From contig CAYPUR010000001.1 in NCBI GenBank assembly GCA_964413865.1, positions 44,730 to 91,235 of the forward strand: a stretch of 46,506 bases of DNA, read 5' to 3'. The stretch comes from an uncultured Verrucomicrobiota bacterium. GTDB lineage: Bacteria; Verrucomicrobiota; Verrucomicrobiia; Limisphaerales; J093. The position numbers and the translations under genes are program-made. Positions 38,219 through 46,506 of the stretch are shown one piece after another. The notes under the pieces are model-generated. The model was given only the letters and a program-made list of their open reading frames with translations, did no database searches and was not told the DNA's origin. How positions within the stretch are numbered: the stretch's first letter is position 1; every line of letters begins with the position of its first letter.

Positions 38219-40192
38219 ATGAGAGAAGAATTTGAAAAGCTCGTGGCGGCGGGAAAGATTGGACGCCAGCATGTGGAGACGCTGGTGACCCTCGCCGCCT
38301 CTGGTTTCTGCGTGCATCGCAGTTGGGGGTTCGGCCAAATCAAGCAGATCGACACGGTGTTTGGCCGATTCAACATCGATTTCCAGGGCAAACCCGCCCA
38401 TTCGATGGATCTGGCGTTTGCTGCCGAGTCGCTCAAGGCCATCCCTCCAGACCACATCCTAGCCCGAAAGGCCGCGGACATTGCCGGACTGCGCCACATG
38501 GCTGCGCTGCATCACCTGGACCTGATCAGGCTCGTGTTGCAGAGCTATGGGGGGCGGGCGACGGCGGACCAGATCCAGCGGGTGCTGACGCCGGATGTGA
38601 TCGCTTCGGACTGGAAGAAGTGGTGGGACGCTGCGAAGCGCGAAATGAAGAAGAGCGGCCATTTTCAGATCCCGCTCAAGAAGAACGAGCCGATCGTGTA
38701 TCAGGTCCAGGAGGTTTCACTGAAGGACCGGCTGATGGGTGAGTTCAAGGCTGCCAAGGGATTGAAGGCCCGGCTGGCTGTGGCTGCGGAGCTCCTGCAC
38801 AACCTGGACGATCTGACGGATCGCGAGACGGCCATCCCGGACGCCATTGCCGCGCTGAATGCCGAAATCCAGTCGCATCAGCGGACCATGCCGGCCCTTG
38901 CGCTGGAGGCGGTTTTCATGCGCGACGACCTGCGTGCGGCCGCCGGCCTGGCGCGTGGGGAAGGCGAGTTGAGCGACCAGGACCTGTGGGCCCAGATCGA
39001 GCATCCCGGGCGCGTGCTCGAGCAGGTTGCGTCGGCCAGGCACAAGCGCGCGCTGCAATCCTTTCGCGCGGCTCACCCGGCCCTGTGGGCGGACCATGTG
39101 TTGGGTTTCATGAACTCGGTTGGGGCGAAGCTCTGCACCGAATGCGGCAGATTGTTAGTCGAGCACGATCGCCTGGACACGCTCAAGAGCGCCCTGGCCC
39201 GCCTGATCAGTCAGCATACCGCAAGCAGCGAACTCCTCCTCTGGCTGGCAAAGGAACGGTCCGACGCCTATGCGGACATTCTCGGTCCGGAGGTGTTCCG
39301 CGCCATGCTCAGCGCCATCGAGCGCGACCAGTTCAACGAGAAGAAATCCAACCGGTTGCGCGACTACATCCTGGACGACCAGGACCTGCTGGTCGAGTTG
39401 ATCGAGAGCGCCGACATCGAGCTCATCAAGGATCTCACGCGGACGCTCCAGCTCTCGCCCAGCTTCGACGACATGGACAAGCGGTCGTTGCTGGCGCGCA
39501 TCGTCAAGCATTCGCCGGTTGTCCAGTCGATGATCACCGGCGACCACAGCAGACAGGACACCTCGCTGGTGGTTTCGTGGGAGAGCCTGGAACGGCGCAA
39601 GCAGGAGTACGACGAATTGGTCCAGAAAAAAATCCCCGCGAACTCGCGCGACATCGCCATCGCCCGAAGCTACGGCGACCTCAGCGAGAATCATGAGTAC
39701 AAGGCCGCCAAGGAACTCCACCGCCTCCTCATGCGCCGCAAGGCCGAACTCGAAAGCCAGCTTGTCCGGGCCCGCGGCACCGACTTCGCCAACCCGCGCA
39801 CCGATGTCGTCAGCATCGGAACCCGCGTCGAGGTCACCGAGGCCGCCACGGGACGCCGGGAGACTTTTCTGATTCTGGGCGCATGGGATTTCGATGCCGC
39901 CAAGCACATCATTTCGTACCTGAGTCCCATTGCTCAATCGATGCTGAATCGGAAGGTCGGCGACGAGATCGAGTTCGAACTCGACGGCCACAAGAGCCGC
40001 TATCGCATCGAGTCGCTGACCCTCCCCACGGCACCCGCCCCGGCGCCCGCTGAGGCTCCAGGCGCCGGCGACACCGCTCCCGCCGCCGACCCCGGCCAGC
40101 CCGCGCCCGAACCCGCTCGCGAACCGGCGGACCCGGCTCTGACGGCTCAGCCGGGCCACAGCCCGGATACCAACCCCGGCGAATCCTTATGA
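38219..40192 (+). CDS. Long-form GreA/GreB-family transcript cleavage factor (PVC-type, 657 aa)
   Basis: The C-terminus carries YGDLSENHEYKAAKE and a GreA C-terminal domain (VSIGTRVEV...ISYLSPIAQSMLNRKVGDEIEF). A large N-terminal extension resembles chlamydial and verrucomicrobial GreA. Confidence 0.75.
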   Translation: MREEFEKLVAAGKIGRQHVETLVTLAASGFCVHRSWGFGQIKQIDTVFGRFNIDFQGKPAHSMDLAFAAESLKAIPPDHILARKAADIAGLRHMAALHHLDLIRLVLQSYGGRATADQIQRVLTPDVIASDWKKWWDAAKREMKKSGHFQIPLKKNEPIVYQVQEVSLKDRLMGEFKAAKGLKARLAVAAELLHNLDDLTDRETAIPDAIAALNAEIQSHQRTMPALALEAVFMRDDLRAAAGLARGEGELSDQDLWAQIEHPGRVLEQVASARHKRALQSFRAAHPALWADHVLGFMNSVGAKLCTECGRLLVEHDRLDTLKSALARLISQHTASSELLLWLAKERSDAYADILGPEVFRAMLSAIERDQFNEKKSNRLRDYILDDQDLLVELIESADIELIKDLTRTLQLSPSFDDMDKRSLLARIVKHSPVVQSMITGDHSRQDTSLVVSWESLERRKQEYDELVQKKIPANSRDIAIARSYGDLSENHEYKAAKELHRLLMRRKAELESQLVRARGTDFANPRTDVVSIGTRVEVTEAATGRRETFLILGAWDFDAAKHIISYLSPIAQSMLNRKVGDEIEFELDGHKSRYRIESLTLPTAPAPAPAEAPGAGDTAPAADPGQPAPEPAREPADPALTAQPGHSPDTNPGESL

Positions 40193-41547
40193 AGTATCCG
40201 GGCTCGGCCCTGCGCATGTGGCGATCGAGTCCTCCGGTCAGGCGCTCCTGCGCCTCGCGTCTTTCACTCATGACGCTTGTCGTGTCCTGCCTCCTGGTCC
40301 TGACCTGGATTGCGTCCGCGTCTCTGGGTGCGGCGGATTTCTCGTCCGCGGCCCGCGCTTACAGGCGGCAGTTGAGCGAGAAGGTGATGCCCTACTGGTA
40401 TGACACGGCGGTCGATTGGCAGCGCGGCGGCTATGTGTTGTCGGACGACGCGGCCAAGCCCGCATCGCCCGCGCGGGAGAAGCAGATCGTGACCCAGGCC
40501 CGCATGGTCTGGGGATTCGCCCACGCCCATCGAAAGGGCTATCGGAGCGTTGGGCGAGATTATCTGAAGGCGGCCGGGCACGGTTATCGTTTCTTGCTCG
40601 AGCGTTTTCTCGATCGTGAGCATGGCGGCTACACGTGGAAGACCGATCTGGATGGGAAACCGGTCGATGACCGGAAGTACCTGTACGGCGAATCGTTTGT
40701 GATCTACGCCCTGGTTGAATACGCCCGCGCGAGCGGCGATCCCGGCCCGCTGCAACACGCCCTGGATCTGTTTCGGACCATCCAGCGGCATTGTCACGAT
40801 GCGGCACACGGCGGCTGGGGCGAGCATTACGAGCGGGACTGGCGCTTCATTGCCCGACAGGACGATCGCATCGAGGTGGAAGTCGCCGGGCTCAAGAGCG
40901 CCAATGCGCATCTGCACTGGATGGAAGCGCTGGCCGAGCTTTGCGAGGCGACGCGCGACGCGGATGTGCGGCGGTCCCTTGCCGAGTCGTTGCGGCTCAA
41001 CGCGACGCACTTCTATCCGCCCGAGGCGGGAAAGGCCTGTTTTCATCGGAATCCGGACTGGTCGTTCGTGACGGATCCCCGGAGCGCGGGTCTTTCGTAC
41101 GGCCACAACGTCGAGTTCGCGTGGCTGATGATTCGCGCCGAGGACGTGCTCGAGCGCGAGCGCTCATGGCCTCATTTTGCGGGGATCCTCGAACACGCTC
41201 TGGAACACGGCTACGATCACGTCCGCGGCGGCCTGTACAACCGCGGCGTCGGCGACCAACCCGCCCACGACACCGACAAGGTGTGGTGGAGCCAGTCTGA
41301 GATGATGGCGGCCCTGACCGACGGCTTGCGGCATGCGCCGAATCCGGACTACGCGGCTGCTCTGGACCGGCTGGTGTGGTTTCTCGACACCCATCAGATT
41401 CGGCCCGAGGACGGGATTTGGCTCGATACGGTGAGCGCGGAGGGCAAGCCCAAGAGCACGGCCAAGGCCCACAATTGGAAGGCGAACTACCACGATGTCC
41501 GCGCTCTCGTGAAATTCATCGAGGCGTTCGAACGACCTGAGCCCTAA
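40189..41547 (+). CDS. AGE-family (N-acylglucosamine 2-epimerase / cellobiose 2-epimerase-like) isomerase
   Basis: Motifs WYDTAVDWQRGGY, KQIVTQARMVWGFA, GESFVIYALVEYA, SANAHLHWMEAL, GHNVEFAWL, WWSQSEMMAAL and NWKANYHDVRAL. The start is ATG 40189 (overlapping the Gre stop) or ATG 40270 (signal-like MTLVVSCLLVL). Confidence 0.8.
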   Translation: MKYPGSALRMWRSSPPVRRSCASRLSLMTLVVSCLLVLTWIASASLGAADFSSAARAYRRQLSEKVMPYWYDTAVDWQRGGYVLSDDAAKPASPAREKQIVTQARMVWGFAHAHRKGYRSVGRDYLKAAGHGYRFLLERFLDREHGGYTWKTDLDGKPVDDRKYLYGESFVIYALVEYARASGDPGPLQHALDLFRTIQRHCHDAAHGGWGEHYERDWRFIARQDDRIEVEVAGLKSANAHLHWMEALAELCEATRDADVRRSLAESLRLNATHFYPPEAGKACFHRNPDWSFVTDPRSAGLSYGHNVEFAWLMIRAEDVLERERSWPHFAGILEHALEHGYDHVRGGLYNRGVGDQPAHDTDKVWWSQSEMMAALTDGLRHAPNPDYAAALDRLVWFLDTHQIRPEDGIWLDTVSAEGKPKSTAKAHNWKANYHDVRALVKFIEAFERPEP

Positions 41548-41657
41548 CTCGACGATGAGTCGGTGATGAGCGTCGCGTTTTAAAGGACCGGGCCCGATGT
41601 CAGGGCTGCGACGGCGGATGTTGCGCGCACCGCCTTCCTGCAAGGGACACAAGGCGT

Positions 41658-42497
41658 ATGATCAGGATCGCTCTGAGCGTGGTCTCGATGGCCTGGCTCT
41701 TGATTGTGGTGTCGGCGCAGACCCTTTACGACGGCGCGCTGCGCACCCTGCCTGCCGAACAAGGCTGGGCCTTCCTCGCCTTTCCAGGCGGAACGGCCCA
41801 GACGCTGGCCGATGACGCGGTCTGTCTTGAGACCTCAGGCAGCGCGCTCGAGCAGGCCGGGTACGGACGCTCGACACCGATCGCGCTGGACCGGAGCGCG
41901 GGTGTGACGGTGCTGTTTACCGCGCGGGTCGACCAGGAGTCGCACGGCGGTCCCGACCGCGCCGGATTCTCCGTGATCGTGCTGGGGCACGACCAGCGCG
42001 GGATCGAGTTGGGTTTCTGGACCAACGCGGTCTTTGCCCAGTCCGATCTGCCGCTCTTCACCCACGCGGAAGACGTTGTGTTCGACACCCGAACAGCCTT
42101 CGTCGAGTACGCGCTGACCCTCGGGCGCGACCGCTATCAACTCCGGGCAAACGGCGCGCCGATTCTCGAAGGCCCGGCGCGCGATTACACCGCCTTCTCC
42201 GGCTCCATCGATCCGTACGAAACGCCCGACTTCGTTTTTCTTGGCGACGACACCACGTCGGCGCGGGCGGTCGTCTGGATTCGCCGTGTGGTTCTCGTGC
42301 CGGCGCCGGTCCTGCGCATTTCTGCCGGCGGCACGGTGACCTGGGCGGGCGTTGCCGATGTTGCCTACACCATCGAGACCAGCGCCGATCTGGCAGTCTG
42401 GACTCGATTGGCGTCAGTCAGTTCAACCACAGGCCTTTGCACCCACACCGTGGCTCCGGGCACTGGCGCGCGTTTCTTGCGTGTGGCGGGCCCGTGA
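41658..42497 (+). CDS. Secreted hypothetical protein (279 aa)
   Basis: Signal peptide MIRIALSVVSMAWLLIVVSAQ. The sequence is beta-rich with no family recognised. Confidence 0.55.
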   Translation: MIRIALSVVSMAWLLIVVSAQTLYDGALRTLPAEQGWAFLAFPGGTAQTLADDAVCLETSGSALEQAGYGRSTPIALDRSAGVTVLFTARVDQESHGGPDRAGFSVIVLGHDQRGIELGFWTNAVFAQSDLPLFTHAEDVVFDTRTAFVEYALTLGRDRYQLRANGAPILEGPARDYTAFSGSIDPYETPDFVFLGDDTTSARAVVWIRRVVLVPAPVLRISAGGTVTWAGVADVAYTIETSADLAVWTRLASVSSTTGLCTHTVAPGTGARFLRVAGP

Positions 42498-42588
42498 GCG
42501 CTGACGGCTCGGTCGACGCCAGTCGGTCCCGGGGGGCGGAGGGATGGAACGTACGGACGGAGCGGGCTGGCCGTTGAGGCAACCCGCC

Positions 42589-43305
42589 TCAATCCGAAGC
42601 GGACGCCGCGCTGTCCGGCTGCCGGCGCAGGCGCCCAAGGGCGGCGGATGCAGCCTGGCTTTCGGCCTCCTTCTTGCTTTTGCCGATGCCGCGACCCAAC
42701 TCCACGCCCCGGTGATAGACCGCGCACTCGAACTCGATGTTGTGGTCCGGGCCCGAGGTGCGTTCGATGCGGTATTGCGGCGGCGTCTCGGCGCCGGTCT
42801 GGAGCATTTCCTGAAGTTCGCCCTTGGGGTTGTCGGCGTGCAACCGGCCGGAGAGCATGTCGAACGTGGGTGCGAGGCGTCGCAGGACGAACTCCTCCGA
42901 GACGGCGTAGCCTCCATCGATGAAGAGCGCGCCCAGCAGGGCTTCGAAGGCGTCCGCCAAGGTCGAGAGCCGCTCGCGTCCCCCCTGCAGTTCCTCGCCG
43001 CGTCCCAGTGTCAGATACCGGCCCAGCCCCATCTGTCGGCCCTGCTCCGCCAGGGAACGGCGGTTGACGAGCCGGGCGCGGGCTTTGGTCAGATCGCCTT
43101 CGGCGGCATCCGGGTGCCGGACATAGAGGGCGCGGCTGAGGACCAGTTGGAGCACGGCATCGCCGAGGAATTCGAGGCGTTGGTTGGTTTCGTTGGTTTG
43201 ATCCGGTTCGTAGGCGACGGACGGATGCGTGAGGGCGGTGCGCAGCAGCCGTTCATCCCGAAACGTGTATTGAATCTCGTCCTGCAACCGGGCCAGATCA
43301 CTCAT
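42589..43305 (-). CDS. rnc: Ribonuclease III
   Basis: Signature NQRLEFLGDAVL, plus TLADAFEALLGALFIDGG. The C-terminal dsRBD carries GPDHNIEFECAV...GKSKKEAESQAA. Confidence 0.93.
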   Translation of the reverse strand: MSDLARLQDEIQYTFRDERLLRTALTHPSVAYEPDQTNETNQRLEFLGDAVLQLVLSRALYVRHPDAAEGDLTKARARLVNRRSLAEQGRQMGLGRYLTLGRGEELQGGRERLSTLADAFEALLGALFIDGGYAVSEEFVLRRLAPTFDMLSGRLHADNPKGELQEMLQTGAETPPQYRIERTSGPDHNIEFECAVYHRGVELGRGIGKSKKEAESQAASAALGRLRRQPDSAASASD

Positions 43306-43919
43306 GGTTCTGAGGCTCGGCCGGGCTCGAAGCCGGGGCTCGAAGCCGGGGCCGGGTCTTCGCTTGGGGCAACGGGGTCCTCCCGGGGCGGCTCGGGCGC
43401 GCTGGGCGGCGGTGGTTCCAGCCCGTGCTCGAGCAGGCGGGCGACGTCGCGCTGGACGGCCTCCAATTGATCGAGCTGGAGCTTGGGGTCGGAGATGGTG
43501 AACACATCGCCTGTCTTTGAATGTTCATAGATGAGGAGGCGGCGGTCCTGTTCGATCGTCTGGCTCTTCATCTTGAGCAGGCGCTTGCGTTCGAGCATGG
43601 CGGCCAGGATGAAGCAGGCCGGGCCGTGCTCGGGCGCATTGAGTTCGAGCAGCTTGCGCAGGAGGGTTTCGGCGGTTTCCCGGCGGATGGGCTCGGGCGT
43701 CGGCTGCGGGGCGGAGTACTGGCTCTTCCAGTACGAGACAAAGCCGCGCTGATGGTTGGCGCCTTCGGCGTAGCGGCCGGCCCAGCACGGTTCACAGACG
43801 TCGACGCGGAGGTAGGCGTTGTGTTCGTCGCGCAAGAGGGTGTGCAGCGGTTCCTTGTTGCGAAATGCGCGGCCGCATGCTTGGCATTGATGCGATCGGG
43901 CCTGGATGCTCCATTCCAT
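43302..43919 (-). CDS. Hypothetical protein with N-terminal CxxC...CxxC zinc-ribbon (205 aa), translationally coupled to rnc
   Basis: Starts MEWSIQARSHQCQACGRAF...VCEPCW. 4-nt overlap with the rnc start. No family name recognised. Confidence 0.6.
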   Translation of the reverse strand: MEWSIQARSHQCQACGRAFRNKEPLHTLLRDEHNAYLRVDVCEPCWAGRYAEGANHQRGFVSYWKSQYSAPQPTPEPIRRETAETLLRKLLELNAPEHGPACFILAAMLERKRLLKMKSQTIEQDRRLLIYEHSKTGDVFTISDPKLQLDQLEAVQRDVARLLEHGLEPPPPSAPEPPREDPVAPSEDPAPASSPGFEPGRASEP

Positions 43920-43941
43920 GAGAGTGTGGCGGGACTCGGCG

Positions 43942-45045
43942 TCAATGTTGCGTGATCCAGAACAGGGCAGCCATGGCGGCGAGCCCGGCGAGGACGGCGA
44001 GCATGATTTTGACCCAGCTCTTCGGGAAGTGTCCGGCGATGGCGCCGGTGTAGCCGTTGACCATGACCTGAAACACCCTGGCCCCGTATGTGTAGGTCAA
44101 GAGCCAGAGCGGGACCAGGATGTGTTTGAAGGTCTGGCTCGAGTAGTCGGCGCGGACCTCGAGGTTGCGATGCGTATCGCCGGGGACCTGGGCGGCACAG
44201 AGCTGCCGCACAGCCGCATCCATCCGTTCGCGGGCGTTTTGGGCCGCGGCGACGAGGTCGATCTGGTAGCGCTCGACCACCCAGCCCGAGAGGAACCCGG
44301 CGTCGTAACGAACCAGTTCTTTCGTGGGAAAGGGCTCAATCCGGCGGAGCAGGTCGGCCTGGACGCCGCGCGAGGCGCCGACAAGCTCGTCGTCGAAGAA
44401 GTGGTCGAGGGCACCCGCGCTGGCCTGCCACCGGATCTTGCGGACTTGCCGCGTCTTCGTCTGGCCGTTCGCATCGCGGTAACTCTCGGTCACGTAGTAA
44501 TAATAACCCGATTCCGCCGTCCAGTCCGCACGCACCTGGGCGTCGAAGGTCCAATACGGGATGTAGAGTCCCTTGACCGTGTCGGTGAGGGCGCTGGACT
44601 TGAGTTTGTTGGGGGCGAACCACCGGCTCCCGTACCATTTCCGGACGCTTTCCCGCACCTGGGCTTCGCTGACCTTGATGGGCAGGAGCCCCTCGGGCCG
44701 GAATGACTCCTTGATTTCCTGGTAGGGGACCAGGGCGGAAGATCCGCAGAAGTCGCAGCGCTGGCCGACACGCTCTGGATCGAACACCGAGATGGCCTGG
44801 CAACTCTGACAGCGGACGCTCGTCTTGGGCGCCTGCCACCCGCGGCGATCCTGCGGGATCGCCCGCAGGGCGGCTGCAAGGTCGTTTTCCTGAATCACCT
44901 CCTCGCCAGAGGGCGAGACTTCGATCTTGGCCGGCGAGGCCGTGCCGCAAAAGGCGCAGATCAAGGCCTGCTTGGCCGGATTCCACACAGCCTCTCCCCC
45001 GCAGGCCGGACAGGAGAACTTCGATCGGGCCTCTGCCTCAACCAT
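43942..45045 (-). CDS. Multi-zinc-ribbon membrane-anchored protein (B. subtilis YdjG-like)
   Basis: Zinc ribbons: CPACGGEAVW...CAFCG and CQSCQAI...CDFCG. C-terminal TM helix IMLAVLAGLAAMAALFWI. It lies immediately downstream of the SPFH gene. Confidence 0.6.
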   Translation of the reverse strand: MVEAEARSKFSCPACGGEAVWNPAKQALICAFCGTASPAKIEVSPSGEEVIQENDLAAALRAIPQDRRGWQAPKTSVRCQSCQAISVFDPERVGQRCDFCGSSALVPYQEIKESFRPEGLLPIKVSEAQVRESVRKWYGSRWFAPNKLKSSALTDTVKGLYIPYWTFDAQVRADWTAESGYYYYVTESYRDANGQTKTRQVRKIRWQASAGALDHFFDDELVGASRGVQADLLRRIEPFPTKELVRYDAGFLSGWVVERYQIDLVAAAQNARERMDAAVRQLCAAQVPGDTHRNLEVRADYSSQTFKHILVPLWLLTYTYGARVFQVMVNGYTGAIAGHFPKSWVKIMLAVLAGLAAMAALFWITQH

Positions 45046-45088
45046 GGTGCGAATCCCTCAAATGTGGAGCGGTCTGAGGCGTGCCTTT

Positions 45089-46171
45089 TTACGACTTCAG
45101 AAACTCGTCGACAGCGGCACGGGTGATGCGCCAGGTGGCGCCGATCTTCTTGCCCTTCAAGGACCCCTCGCCCAGGGCGGTGAGGACGTCGGCCTCGCTG
45201 ACCCCGAGCAACGTGGCGGCGTCGGCCGGGCTGAGCAGATCGGGCAGGGGCGCGCCGACTGCCGGCGTCGCCGGGGCTCCAGCTCCGGGGATGGCGGGAG
45301 TGGTTTGGGCCGTGACACCGCCGGTTTGCTGCATCATCTGCTGGGCCATGGCCATGCCGACGGCGAACTGTGCGGCCATGCTGCCGGCACCACCGCCGCC
45401 CTCGCCTTTGGCCATGCCTTCGGCCATCTGGAGCTTGACGTAATCGTTGAGGTTGCCGATGGCGGCCATGCTCGACCGTTTGTCGATGGCCTGTTCCACC
45501 TCGGGCGGAACCGAGACGTTCTCGACGATGAAACTGGGCATCTCGAGTCCGTACTTCTCGGCCAGGACGGGGTTGATGAGGGGCAGGAGGGCCTCGCCCA
45601 GCTCGGAGTAGCGCGTGGCGACATCGAGCACGGGCACCTTGGCGCTCGCGAGGGCGTCGGAGAACACGCTCACGAGCCGCGAACGCATGGCGTCGGCGAA
45701 TTCATCCAACCGGAAATGCGCGTCGGTGCCGGCCACCTCCTTCAGGAACAACTTGGGCTCGATCACCCGGAAATCGTAGGTGCCGAACGCCCGCACGCGC
45801 ACGATGCCGAAGTCGGCGTCACGCATCATGACCGGATTGGATGTGCCCCATTTGTTGCCGGTGAACAGGCGGGTCGTGACGAAATAGACGTCGGCCTTGA
45901 ATGGGGACTCGAAGCCGTATTTCCATCCCTTGAGCGTCGAGAGAATGGGGATGTTGTCCGTGGTGAGGGAGTGTTTGCCCGGCCCGAACGTGTCTCCGAA
46001 CTGGCCCAGATAGACAAACTGAGCCACCTGCGATTCCCGCACGATGAGTTGCGCCCCGCGCTTGATTTCCTTGTCCTCGTCCGGGAACCGCCAGGAAACC
46101 GTGTCGCGCGAATCATCCTGCCACTGGATAATGTCGAGCAGTTGCGTTTTCAGATAATCCATGAGTCCCAT
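45089..46171 (-). CDS. SPFH/band-7 'virion core protein'-type (COG4260, YdjI-like) protein with C-terminal excisionase-type HTH
   Basis: The ATG at 46169-46171 gives MGLMDYLKTQLLDIIQW. The SPFH-like body carries IVRESQVAQFVYLGQF and FGTYDFRV. A Gly/Ala/Met-rich linker precedes LLSPADAATLLGVSEADVLTALGEGSLKGKKIGATWRITRAAVDEFL. Confidence 0.75.
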   Translation of the reverse strand: MGLMDYLKTQLLDIIQWQDDSRDTVSWRFPDEDKEIKRGAQLIVRESQVAQFVYLGQFGDTFGPGKHSLTTDNIPILSTLKGWKYGFESPFKADVYFVTTRLFTGNKWGTSNPVMMRDADFGIVRVRAFGTYDFRVIEPKLFLKEVAGTDAHFRLDEFADAMRSRLVSVFSDALASAKVPVLDVATRYSELGEALLPLINPVLAEKYGLEMPSFIVENVSVPPEVEQAIDKRSSMAAIGNLNDYVKLQMAEGMAKGEGGGGAGSMAAQFAVGMAMAQQMMQQTGGVTAQTTPAIPGAGAPATPAVGAPLPDLLSPADAATLLGVSEADVLTALGEGSLKGKKIGATWRITRAAVDEFLKS

Positions 46172-46388
46172 TGTGAATCCTTTCGATCGTGCGCCATGAA
46201 CCGATTCGCCAAATTCATAGCCGGAACGCGCGGCATGAGAAGTAAAATATCCGCAGGTTTGTGTAAGGACCTTGCGGGTGGGAACCGGTCCTGCCGGGCT
46301 CGGGTTTCGTCCCGCTGCATGGGGATTCCGGCCCGGCGGCGTGCAGCGCACCTGGGAATCTGTGTGCGCGTCCCGGCATGAGGGTTCC

Positions 46389-46506
46389 GGCTAGCCCGCA
46401 TATTTTACACCCCGATAGGGCACAGGGCGGTCGGACCTCGCAAGATGACGGCTGTGCGGGCGCGGTTTTGCCCCAGCCCGGATTTCGTTGTCATCTTCCC
46501 AGTGGT
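46389..46506 (-). repeat. Copy D of the modular intergenic repeat (head hairpin plus start of body; cut by the window end)
   Basis: GCTAGCCCGCATATTTTACACCCCGATAGGGCACAGGGCGGTCGGACCTCGCAAGATGACGGCTGTGCGGGCGCGGTTTTGCCCCAGCCCGGATTTCGTTGTCATCTTCCC. Arms GCCCGCAT (46394-46401) and GTGCGGGC (46455-46462). Collinear with copy B. Confidence 0.75.

Noticed and set aside
46150-46401. An 83-aa ORF starting MRAS... from the head-hairpin ATG of repeat copy D. A similar 9-codon MRAS ORF starts at 5694.
   Set aside because: MRAS is simply the translation of the conserved ATGCGGGCTAG repeat arm. The 83-aa product is low complexity and overlaps the real SPFH start region. Only in copy B does this ATG open a recognisable gene, the ECF sigma factor.

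Overview
High-GC (roughly 65%) bacterial chromosomal window. The gene content points to the PVC superphylum, most likely Verrucomicrobiota: a 657-aa long-form GreA, an ECF sigma factor paired with a Ser/Thr-kinase-WD40 giant, a TAT-signal Gfo/Idh/MocA oxidoreductase, a BNR sialidase, and GxxExxY and four-helix-bundle mini-genes. Housekeeping genes include ruvC-ruvA, rnc, rsmB, a Dus-family enzyme, a Sua5/TsaC-type enzyme, an OPT transporter and glycosidases.

The centrepiece is a type I-G (formerly I-U) CRISPR-Cas locus at about 8.4-20.5 kb with a non-canonical layout:
- a cas4-cas1 fusion;
- a 550-bp gap holding a two-repeat, one-spacer mini-array and a perfect 12-bp palindrome;
- csb1(cas7), csb2(cas5/6), an uncharacterised HEAT + zinc-ribbon + PD-(D/E)XK-like gene, cas3 with a C-terminal HD domain, and a short cas8-like gene;
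- a truncated cas2 fused to a csb2-like C-terminal remnant, an inserted cassette, and a second cas2 5' fragment.
No multi-spacer array is visible in the window.

Other notable points:
- An ECF-sigma/kinase pair whose kinase has lost its N-lobe exactly where a repeat-bounded GxxExxY gene sits.
- A modular intergenic repeat family (at least 5 copies) with a conserved, co-varying hairpin that overlaps start and stop codons.
- A roughly 240-300-bp direct duplication bracketing a vapBC cassette.
- A second TA locus whose PIN gene is broken by a palindromic element.
- An SPFH (YdjI-like) protein with a C-terminal excisionase-type HTH.

All calls rest on reading the ORF translations and the nucleotide text. 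No database search was run.
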